A stretch of DNA of 64,000 bases, from contig JASANG010003711.1 in the NCBI GenBank assembly GCA_030248215.1, positions 310,001 to 374,000 on the forward strand, given 5' to 3'. The stretch is from Enoplolaimus lenunculus. Its lineage: Eukaryota. The notes below the pieces were generated by a model. That model saw only the letters and a list, made by a program, of their open reading frames with translations, ran no database searches and was not told the DNA's origin. Shown here one piece after another: positions 32,701-44,046 of this stretch (position 1 is its first letter; the number at the start of each line of letters is the position of its first letter). The position numbers were made by a program, and so were the translations under genes.

Positions 32701-33508
32701 GACCCGTATAACATATAGGGAACTGAATAAAATGTCCAGTTTTGATCTCAATCCATTGGAGTCTATATCAATTATTAAAAGTCCACAAATACCTAAATTA
32801 GAGTACGTAAATGTTTTCTGATTAAAACAAAGTCAGAACTTGATTTCTGGAAGTAAAAGGTGTTTACTTATTGTATAGAATGGCATAAAAGAACAAGGTG
32901 TCGATCAAATAACCAACAGGAGGTGGGTTGCAAAATTAATATAGTCCGTGAACGTACTAACAAGTGAAATCCTCCATGCGAAAGGAAAAACAACCACCAA
33001 CACCCACCTTTCCTTCGTTCACAGGGTACAATTTCCCCCTCAGAAACTGTTCAGGGTACAATTTCCGCCTCAGAAACTGTTCTAAACAACCTATTCTGTA
33101 TACACCACCCATTGCAATGCCAAAAACAATGTTAATTTTTGCCAAATGCGGTGCGCAACACATTCCTATACATTCCTGCGTTTTAAAATTAAAATTTGCC
33201 AATTGTTCATCAATTATATAAAATATATTTAAAGTTAGGCTGCATTTTCAACGTAGCTAACAGTGAAATTTATTGCTCAAGAATAACGACCCGGATTTAA
33301 ATTGAAACGATACTCAAACAATGGGTCGATTATAAAAGGCTTATCAAGCGAAGGATTAAAACTGTACCTTCAGTAGCAAATAGCAAATTGGATTAAATAA
33401 TAAATTTTATGATTTGCGTTTTTAGATGTTCTTAACAAGCTTCTGCTTGCAATTTTATAACCAAGTAGTCATCAAATAATATAAACAGGTATACAGCAAA
33501 ATAAGCCG

Positions 33509-36500
33509 ATGTGTAAAATCGTCTTACTTCTATTTGGTTACGTTGTGTTGTGTTCTGTACAAGCGAACGGACGGTAAGTTGAATTGAAACTTTGAATTTT
33601 AGTTCCGCTTTGAAACATAGACTTGAAAGTGTATAGTTGAAAATGTCGAAATCACAAAAAACGAGTTTAGATGTCAGTATCCGTTTTCGTTTCCGTTATT
33701 TTTGCTAAGTTTTTTGTACTTTTTCATAAGGTGATAAAATGTGTTACAATAGGGTCCCATTTCGCAGGTCAGAGGGTGGTCTCGAGTACCTAGACCGGCA
33801 CTGACATATTTAGAAAATCCAACCTCGGATCCCCGGTACCAGAAAATCGTAGATCCGTCGCTGCACACGATACTTGTGTAATTTGAAAAAATGGTGCGAT
33901 GTTTCAATATCTATATTTTTAAGCTGGCTGGAACGCCTCACATACGTATTTTGGGCACCGTTCCAGCATAAGTAAACATTTTTTTACTAACAATATATAA
34001 CAGATCGTTCTCCATAGAATTAGTATGGTACGTATTACTTTACTGATAGTCTAAATCTGTAAGCTTGCAGCGCGGGTTAACGAATGCCTTCTTCGATATA
34101 GTATACACTTTGTGTAAACGTGCGAAACGCACTTTAGGAAAGTTGCACATTGGTGCAAACTACAGCTACCAGCCTACAAATAACACTGATCACAAGTCAT
34201 GATTTTTCAGAACGCTGAATGATGAACATGAAAGACTGAAAAGGGAAACGGTGAGAGCTGGAATATTTTGCTTAGTATTACCATTTTCAACAAGTGTACA
34301 ACTCAGCATTGATGGTTTTTGCAATTTGTGCCCATTTCAATCCCAATATACTTGCAAATGCGGTTGCTTATTTATCAGTTTCTAAAAACGTATTGAGCCA
34401 AAACTTTTTAATATGAATGTGTGCACTCAAATTACTTTCCAATTATATATTTCAATGGCTAAAATTTCAAATGGTACGATGTCATATACTGGATGTATAG
34501 CTCGGATTTTAATGACCACATGTTTGGTCCAATATTAACACACACTATAGCGTCCAAGTAGAACTCTGATTCATATCAGTGACGTGTATAATTCAGCGCC
34601 TGCGCAATTATATTGAAATGTGGGTTTTGCTACTCTCACTCGGCCAACAGCTCGTTCAGCCAATAGTAATTAAAGTTAGCTTGCACTGTGGTTTTTGTGG
34701 AGGGAATACACAAAAGTTTTACTAAAAATAGAAATTTTTGCGCTTGGATAATCTACCGGGATATTCAAAAACTTTTAAAAGGGCTTCTTTTTACTCGTTT
34801 TTTTAAAAAATTTCGAGAGCGCACGTTTTCTTGCCCACCCCCATGAATGAAATTTATCACACGCCAAATTTAACTGTTGGGTAAACGAACTGTTGGCTTA
34901 GTAAAACAGTGCGCGGAAATGTGCCGCCAGGGACGTATGTAAGGAAGTGTTTTTTGCCATTACCCTATACTAATAGAGGTTAAAAACATTCCTCATTGCT
35001 AGACTCGCTTACAAAAACCTTTTACATAAGGTTATAACCCTCGCGAAATGAAACTTAAAAAGCTTTTACATAAGGTTATACCCCCGACATAAAACTTACA
35101 AAGATTTTACATAAAGTTATATCCTCCGGAATGTCATCTGATGTCGCGCTGTACGGAACCACAGTTTTCTATTACCTTTACTTGTATTAAACATTATTAG
35201 GTATATATGTATATATGTATATAATATATATGTAAATATAATATATATGTATACATATATTATAGATGGGCATTGGATATCCGAAATGCTATTGTGTAAA
35301 TCATTTTTTGGAATAATTTGCATTGTTTAACCATTAAAGTAGCTGGATCTGACGACAAGAAATCCTGTATCCAAACCCGAGTTAAAATATTGAACCACAT
35401 TCGTGCATAATTGCATGATGATTTTAAATTTTGATTTCTTAAAACATGCCGAAATTAAAAAACTTCAAATTAGCTAGATATTTATCGGAATAATGACTTC
35501 GAAGCTAAATAATTATTATGCGGGCCAGTTTTCTTGAACACAGTCAAACCTGAACAACCTATCACAAACAGTACAGTTTGCATTAGTTGGCAACTTGGGC
35601 AATCTGACTCGTTAGTACTGTACGACCGACAATAAACTGGCGTAGTAAATCATTTTTAATTTCAGATCTTTCAAAAGTTACAAGAACTGCGCTTATATTT
35701 GTTGAACGTCGCTGACAATCCAGCAGGATTCCGTCATTTATGCGCTAATGTGCCAGGCATTGATTGGGCTCGTGATTCGTTTTATGAATATCGTAAAAAG
35801 TGTGCGGACGGTTTGCCGGCGCTCGCGCATACCGCAAACGCGACATGGTTGTCATACTTAACAGAAGTCAATGAAATTGCAAAACGTGGTGCAGCAAATG
35901 ACGGCGATATGCAAATAACATCAGGATACCAACCAAATGGAGGAGACACCAGTCCAGATGGACGAAGCACTGGAAACAATGTCCAGACAGAAACGCCGAA
36001 CGAATACCAACCCATTGGGCGAGAATACAGCCCAGACAATGGCATAGCACAAACATCAACAGAAAAACAACCTTACGGTGGAGACACTGTTCCAGGTGAA
36101 TATATTAACTACGCTACCAATGGTGAGACACATACGCCTGAGGGATATCAACCAAATGGAGGAACCTACAGTCCAGAAGGAGGAATCACTGGAATAAATG
36201 CCGAAATACAAACATCAACTGGATATCAACCTAGCGGACAAGACTACACCTCAAAGGCACAGACATCAGACAGAAATAAACCCTATGGAGGAAGCACCAG
36301 CCCAGGAGAATATATCTATGGTATCAGTAGCGAGACTCCAACAACAGCGAGTACAGCAGGTTATAGAACAGATTTCACAAGTGCAGGATACTCAACGGGT
36401 TTTACAAACACAAGATATGAAACTGGTCATGTAACACTCGGTTCAAATACTGGATACACAACAGGTTCGCAAGGTTCAAATGCCGCGACTCAAGCAACAC

Positions 36501-37903
36501 AAGCTACAATAGCAACAGCCACCACAGGAATACCAGAAACAACTGGATCAGAAGGAATAGTTGGCACAACAGTCGCAACACAACAAACACCAATGGCGGA
36601 ATCGCCAGCAACAAATCCAACATCGTACACGAGTCCTGCAACGCCGGCCACGACGTTCACATATGGGACAAGCATACCACAAACACCGGGAACAGAAGGA
36701 ATAGTTGGCACAACAATCTCAACACAACAAGCACCACTGGCGGAATCGCCAGCAACAAATCCAACATCGTACACGAGTCCTGCAACGCCGGCCACGACGT
36801 TCACATATGGGACAAGCATACCACAAACACCGGGAACAGAAGGAATAGTTGGCACAACAATCTCAACACAACAAGCACCACTGGCGGAATCGCCAGCAAC
36901 AAATCCAACATCGTACACGAGTCCTGCAACGCTGGCCACGACGTTAACATATGGGACAAGCATACCACAAACACTGGGAACTGAAGGAATAGTTGGCACA
37001 ACAATCTCAACACAACAAACACTAATGGCGGAATCGCCAGCAACAAATCCAACATCGTACACGAGTCCTGCAACGCCGGCCACGACGTTAACATATGGGA
37101 CAAGCATACCACAAGCAACAGGAACAGAAGGAATAGTTGGATCAACAGTCGCAACGCAACAAACACTAACGATGGAATCGCCAGCAACAAATCCAGCATC
37201 GTACACGAGTCCTACAACGCCGGCCACAACGTTCACATATGGGACAAGCTCGGGATCTACAGCAGGTTTAAACAGTGCAGGCTACTCAACCGATTTTCAA
37301 GGTACAACAGTAGCAACTCAAACACAGACAACAATCGCAACAACTGCAGGAATATCACAAACTACGGCAACAGCGCAAACAGTTGGGATAACACCATCAT
37401 TTTCACCCGGAGGAACCACAGCGCAAACACAGATCACACAAGCGACTGGAACAACGCCAACAATCTCATCTACCCAACAGCCGACCATAGCCACGCCCAC
37501 AACACAAGACACCACAGGTTTGACAACTGCAACAGCAGGAACTGGTTCGCAAACAGGAGGACCAACAACAGGAATGACTACCGGAGCGACTGCGGCGACC
37601 ACACCACCTCCAATTGAAACAACTTTACCACCGCCAACAACGCTAGCAATCCCAACAACGCTAGAAACATCCGGAGCCACACCAACTACAATCCCAACTG
37701 TAAACACGTCGACCGCGATGACCACCGTAGTAATAACAATCGGAACACCGACAACAATGCCAACAACAACAACAACAACAGCAGCAGCAACAACCACAGT
37801 TCCGGCAACTACTGCACAACCATCAACAACAACGACGACACCTGGAACAACAACTCCCGGAACACCAACGACACCTACAACACCGACAACTCCAGTTGTT
37901 TAA
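33509..37903 (+). CDS. Secreted Thr/Ser/Pro-rich mucin-like glycoprotein; exons 33509-33573, 34211-34250, 35666-37903
   Basis: Signal MCKIVLLLFGYVVLCSVQA, then exon 2 TLNDEHERLKRET, joined in frame to the 734-aa ORF. A small 2-Cys N-terminal domain is followed by GYQPxGG repeats, 48-aa repeats and a poly-Thr tail. No TM or GPI tail is evident. Confidence 0.85.
36531..37249 (+). repeat. Five coding 144-bp (48-aa) tandem repeats
   Basis: GAAGGAATAGTTGG recurs at 36551, 36695, 36839, 36983 and 37127. Unit: TPGTEGIVGTTISTQQAPLAESPATNPTSYTSPATPATTFTYGTSIPQ. Confidence 0.95.
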
Positions 37904-38793
37904 GTGAAAAATGAAAAAAGTTTAAATAACAAAAAATTCGTTATTAGTCACGAAAACGCTAATATTCATATGATGAAGTGATATAAAATAGAAGCTTTTT
38001 ACCAACAATATTCCAACAAGAACTATTTTTACATCCTTAGATAAGTTCAGAATCATTGTTATGCTTGTGTTGAACAGCAGTTCGTATTTGAAACGCCTAA
38101 ATTGCCAACTGGTATGAATAGGTGTTCAATACACGACATACCCACGTTTGACAAACGACTATTCCAGCACTTGTGTTGCTCGCTGAGGAAATTTATTTTT
38201 TTACCCGCGGGTATATACGCACAGATTTATTTACCTGCGACCAACCTTTACCCACCTTTACTGTTTAGCTTGTGCTTAAAGAAAAACTCGCGTAAATATT
38301 CAGAATATAAATTTAGCGCCGCCGATATGAAAGCTTCACTACTTAACAGAAATTGTATTAATAGGGGATAATAATTATTTCTCACAAAACATTTAAAAAG
38401 AGCTTTGAAATTCAATCTTTTCCTAAACCAAACGTTTGTGGTATGTTATTCTCAAATTAGCGGGTAAACATTAACAAATTTTTATCCGCGCTTCAGATTT
38501 TTTATCTCTGGGTATAACCACGTCAGAAATTGCTTACGCGGCCTTAATTTATGCAGGGGCCACGTGTAACGACATACGCATAGTTTGACAAACAAGTGCT
38601 AGTATGTGTTGAGTAAACATTAATGGTATTTTTCATGATTATACAACCGAAAACGGCTCCAAATTAATTACAAATAAAAATTTCTTGCCAAACACACTTA
38701 GTACTAAAAATTTGCCAAGCAAAAGTAATTATAAAATTTAGTATTAGGTGCGCTAAACCAGTCACACACTAATGAAAAAATATAATTTCTGAA

Positions 38794-39695
38794 TTGTTGA
38801 AATTGGCATTTGCTGTCGAGGAGAAAAGAGTACTGTATAATAATAAAAACATATTATCGCCACGTGATATTAATTCACCGTTTGAGCTTCGTACACTTCA
38901 TGTTTACGGTTTACCGTTTGAAATCCCTGACGAACCGGTATGTAATTTCTTGAAGAACCAAGGAATGTCGCCAGTGTATCCTGGGAAATTTCGTAAATGG
39001 CAGAATACGCATATAGATTCGCCAGATCGAACCTTTGTTGTTCAGGTATCTAGGGTTTTTATCCCACGAATTTTGCGCTGCGGACTAATAAGGTATTTAA
39101 TAAAGGAGTAATGAGAATGAAATTATGGTATGCAGAAATGCCAGTATTCTGCCGTTCTTGCTTTAAGTATGGCCATATCCAAAAAGATTGCGCTGAGTAT
39201 CCACGTTTATCAAGTGCTCCAATTAAACACAACCCATCGGTTGCATTGGAAACGTATCAAACTGATAAACAGTTTTTGCAACTTAGTGATTATGTTTTGG
39301 GTAGTATTAGTAAAGTCATTTTGCCGGACAAGAGGGAATGCGATCCCGATATTATGCGGACATGCTAGATACTAGCGTTTTGCCACCAGATGGCCAACAA
39401 TTAACCGTATTTAACGCCTTTTTGCGTCAGGCATTGTAAGCAAATTTCGTTTCCGCTCTTTAGTAAAAATGATCAACTTAGTTCGAGATATTTTTGTCTT
39501 GAACATCCTGACAATAGTGCGTTGTCTAATTTGACGATTGGACAGCCGATTAAAATTTGGGACGATTCGTATTTATCAGTGGAACAATTCATTGGACGAT
39601 GGAAATGCTTGTTGATTGGTGACACTGGTATATGTGAAAGAGATAATGAAACAGACGGACCCGATTACAATAAATTGCGCGATCAAATATTGTGA
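38794..39695 (+). pseudogene. Decayed non-LTR retrotransposon ORF1-like sequence (Tx1/ZCCHC3-type RRM-like region plus CCHC knuckle) followed by a NADAR-like fragment
   Basis: LHVYGLPFEIPDEPVCNFLKNQG...DRTFVV...IPRIL, a frameshift, then MKLWYAEMPVFCRSCFKYGHIQKDC (CX2CX4HX4C). A later frame reads ALSNLTIGQPIKIWDDSYLSVEQFIGRWKCLLIGD. Intronless, with stops and frameshifts. Confidence 0.65.
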
Positions 39696-39718
39696 ACAAG
39701 TCACACACGAGGAACTTT

Positions 39719-40072
39719 TGCTTCCAGATAAATTTAATTTTTAAATACTGCATATATACTTTACAAAATATATCACCAGAGGTGCAAAAAACTGAGCCGG
39801 TCAGCAAATTTTGCACAAGCTGGAGGTAAAACAAAACTTATAAAACATTCTGATTTTGACAATTCTGCGAAGTGTTGTCAGATTGTTTTTAAGCTGCTTC
39901 CAGATAAATTTAATTTTTAAATACTGCATATATACTTTACAAAATATATCCCCAGAGGTGCAAAAAACTGAGTCGGTCAGCAAATTTTGCAGAAGCTGGA
40001 GGTAAAATAAAATTTATAAACTTTCTAATTTTGACAAGTCTGCGAAGTGTTGTCAGATTGTTTTTAAGCTGC
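39719..40072 (+). repeat. 176-bp tandem duplication
   Basis: CTTCCAGATAAATTTAATTTTTAAATACTGC occurs at 39721 and 39897; the units are near-identical. Confidence 0.9.
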
Positions 40073-40785
40073 GTCTTGTTGAGAAACCTCGTCAGTTAAG
40101 TTTTCAAAATTATCCCAAAAGCAGACACGCATTGAACTGCATCAATTTTATAAAATTACGAAAAATTCCGCTGACCAAATTTGCTGGGACCTCCGGCAAA
40201 GTGTATTGCCAGAGCCAGAAGTCGATTTTCTGCCGGAGGCAGATCTTGATCGTACTCTGCGTATTTGGTTAGGAAGCCGCACAGTCCTATAAGATATAGA
40301 CATATGAATTAAACATTTAAATTTATGCTTTCCTATGAATCGAAGTCTCACAGGTGGAACTTGCGAACGTAACGAGAACAGTAACAAAAATATTCGCTCA
40401 AAAAAAAACCATGCGCTCAAGTCAAAGAAAAACTTGAATTCTTAAATCATTTCAAGTTCAGATTCATCAATTTAAAATCAATCACATTTTTAACGTCAAC
40501 TAGTGATGGGCATCGGTTTTTTTCTTTTTCGAATATTCCAAACTCGATTTTGTGTTTCTGGGTTTTCGAACGTCAATTTTCGTTTCTCAAGCGATTGTTT
40601 TAGCTTGTTGCTCTAAGAGAAGTACCCTGAACCACAAGCTGATTGTTGCAAGCGTAAAACAAACAATTGCAAAAATGGTCAATTATGCAACTGCTTCAAA
40701 GCGGAGTGTAACCGGATATTCGTTTCCAGAAAATCTATGTCCTTTTCCATTAGTTTTAAATCACATGTATATCTCCACAATTTTT

Positions 40786-41024
40786 GGCCCATGTATAGAA
40801 CACGGCCGGAACCGTAGTATAACCATATTCCTAAGCCTAAGCGTGTGGAAGAACCTATTCCTAAGCCTAAGCTTGTGGATGAGCCTATTCCTAAGCCTAA
40901 GCAAGTGGATGACCTATTCCTAAGCCTAAGTTTAAGCATAAGCAAAAAAATTAGTCTAAAGCTAAAACTGACTCTATTATAGCCCCTCCGGAAAACGATC
41001 CGGCCCTATTCTATACATGAGCCC
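40786..41024. mobile_element. MITE carrying (GCCTAA)n telomere-type repeats in 30-bp units
   Basis: TIRs GGCCCATGTATAGAACACGGCCGGA and TCCGGCCCTATTCTATACATGAGCC; CCTATTCCTAAGCCTAAGC repeats at 30-bp spacing. Confidence 0.8.
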
Positions 41025-41476
41025 AATTTTCATTGCAGATATTCCACAATTGTTCGAAATAAAATAAAAATTGCGAAATTCATCCAGAATCTTAAAAAAT
41101 TTCGATGCAACCGCCATTCTTTCTATAAAATTTTAGAAAACCCTTTGAATATTTGCACGCCTCAATTGTGCTGGCAGAAAAATTAAATATCTTTGAAATT
41201 TTTATACTTCAAAATTTACTGAGGAAGAAAATTGTAAGGTAGGAACCTTACCATTTTATCAAAGCCGCCCGCCCTCCTCTGCATTTGCTAGCGCCTGATT
41301 TCTCACTAAATCGCCATAGAGTATGCTTAAATACGTCACCATTAAGTACGCGTGGAGTCAAAACCGTATGTGGCCAGCCACAATATGAAGATTAACTGAA
41401 TTACAATTTCTCGCACCGAGCATAATCTAACACCACCGCATTGTCGGCGCAAAATAAACACCTATTGCACAGTGTT

Positions 41477-41551
41477 TAATAATAATAATAACAATAATAA
41501 TAATAATAATAATAACAATAATAATAATTATTATTATTATTATTGCTATTA
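41477..41551. repeat. (TAA)n/(TTA)n microsatellite with orientation switch
   Basis: A run of AAT/AAC triplets is followed directly by ATT triplets, forming an AT-rich palindrome. Confidence 0.9.
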
Positions 41552-41665
41552 TAATCCATAATGTACAATGCATAATCTCCTCTTAAGACGTGAGTGTAGC
41601 TTGAAATTGCATCGCAAACGACATCAATATTCAGACAGAAAAAGGTCGATAAATAATCACACGAC

Positions 41666-44046
41666 TTACTTATGTTTCGTTGTTTCAGTGACCACCTGAA
41701 AATCAAACACAAAATCATCCGACGCCCCACCGTCACTATTGTTATTGTCATGATCAACCACTTCATTTTTCACCCGTTCATTTCTAGGTTCGGTATTTTT
41801 TGCCGTTTTTGATCCTTCAATCGTTTTTCTTTTCTGTGTTGCGCCAGCTTTCCTTTTTGCTTCACCATGGCGACTGCCACGATCAACATCGCTTGTATCT
41901 TCGTTTACCAGTGAAAATTCAATCTTAAACTGCTTCTTGTTCAAAACTTTGCTACCGGATTTCTTCTGTTTCCACTTGAGTGATTGAAGTTTCCGATGTT
42001 TTTCAGTACGAAAATTTCGTTGTTTAAAACGATTTTTATCCGTAAGCGAAATTCTTCGTTTGACATCTTTTTCACTGCTTGGTTCACACGACCGTGGAGA
42101 TTCAGATGGTGTGGAAATGCGCGGTGACTCACTGTTGGTGCTTAACGATCCCATTCTAGCTAGAATATTAACAACGAAAAACCATGTACGGTACTCCACA
42201 AATATAAAGTGTTTCAGCGTTGCAACTGTCAATCCCAATGACAAAGTAATGTCAATACTTGTTGCTCTACTGTTGAAAAACTGTTTGGTCAACCTCACTT
42301 CAACCGTTTGCAAACGATAAGGTATACAGGGGCATAACGAGTCATGTATATACCGTTATAAAAAGCGAACTTATGAAAAATGTTACTCATTCTAACGTCA
42401 GCAGTGTGATCTTTCAACTTGAAAGCTAGCTAACATCTGTGTCTTAAAAACAAAATAACACATAAATTGATAGTCCGAGTTTCAGGGATCGAAAAAATCT
42501 CGGACCGGGGGCTTGACAAATTAGCGCTTGTCATGTGGAGGTTAAGTCTTTAAAATTGTACATGCCATCGATGCGACCTCACTGATGAAATCGGAGCGTG
42601 TGTGTACTCCGTGAATAACAACCCGTTATCAGCACACAATTTGTTCAAAAATAACATTCTTAACATAAAACCATTAACTACATAAAACAATAAAACCAAG
42701 CAAACCTTGCGTTGAATCTGCGTTCGACATACTATCACAGCTGCTTTTCATACAGTAAGAGTCCGCTGGCGAATCAGCTTGGTTTATGGCATCAATTGAA
42801 ATACGCTCAGTTGTTTCAGGATCAAACACTGTTCCGGTCGCAACAATTGCCGTCAAATCGGAATTGTCTGTTGTGCAGACACCAGCAGCAGAGCCAACAT
42901 TGACTATTTCAAGGCCGTCGGTTTCAATATCTGAATTCAAACAGTATTACAATTTGCAGCTCTGACGGTTATGAGAACCAACATGGCTTTTATTGAAATT
43001 TTAGAGCTAAGTTATCGCTATTTTTATCTTCATTTATCAGACAAACGTTTGAAATCTATTTAGTAAGAAAATATTGATAAAATTTCGTAATTCGTCGGAA
43101 AAGTTATGAGTTCTGTTTAATAAGTTAAACGAATGAAATTCTTTACTGCGAAAAATATATCTTCAAAAACAAATATAATGATACACACGCCCAATCAATG
43201 TTGTGAATTTCAAAAATAGGTTGGGTAAGTTCAAAAATCACCAATCGTTATTACGTGAACAGTACGACAAAGACAGCAAAAAAGAGCCCACGAGTTTGAG
43301 TTAAAGCATTTCAATGAAAAATACAATCAAAACAACGCTTACATGCAAGTTGATTTTTATCGTCAATAATTTCAATATAACCCGACATCGGTGCAGTGTC
43401 TTCATTTTCAATCTCCATATCGACAGGTTCAACCACAAGAGATTCCTCGACATTACTTTCTTCGTTGACCGATGAAACTTCGCCATCAATATTTAGTTCC
43501 TGGAAACGACAATAGCGCGTTTTACGAGCATGACAAAAACACAACTAAAGTCCCGAGTTGAAAATTAAAACATTTAATGCAGAAAAATTGGCAGGCTTTT
43601 AAGCAGCCGTGTGTGTCCTAGACTCTTGGTTGTCTATCAAAGATCAGATTCGTTACGGAACCTATTGTCCTTTCGCTATGGGATTATATCCTGCTGCGTT
43701 CCTGTTTGACACCGTAGAAAAACCAGTTCCATCATCCCTACAGGCATGCCACATGCTCAAATTAGCCAAAGCATAGTTCAACGTCAAAAAGCAGTAAATA
43801 GTTTCATAGCAGTGTATAGTTGCCTAAACCGCTGGCATCAACGCTTGCTAACTCCGTTCGGCACCTGATTTTGATGTTTTCTGTCATAATCTTCTTGATC
43901 AATGTACGAAACTTGGCGTTCAGCAGAAGGAATGGAATCGCCAGCGCTGAGTCTGTTTGACCCGTTTCGACCGCGACTACCTTTTGAAGTACCTGGAGCG
44001 TCAACTGCATTTAAGCAATCATCCACACCAGTCGACACGTTTGCAT
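41666..44046 (-). CDS. Unknown intrinsically disordered protein (acidic N-terminal part, Lys/Arg-rich C-terminal part); partial model, exons 44046-43865, 43499-43343, 42930-42706, 42159-~41666
   Basis: Four minus-strand ORF segments are each bounded by (T)TCAG/CCAG/CTAG acceptors and GT donors, with matching phases (0, 1, 1). NLS-like basic tracts include KWKQKK, AKRK and QKRK. The 5' and 3' ends are unresolved and no family is recognised. Confidence 0.55.

Noticed and set aside
36490..37797. Long Val-rich antisense ORFs
   Set aside because: They are the shadow of ACA/ACN-rich Thr codons of the mucin on the plus strand.
39381..39397. CTCF-like motif GCCACCAGATGGCC
   Set aside because: A single short match inside a decayed retroelement coding relic; it could easily be chance.
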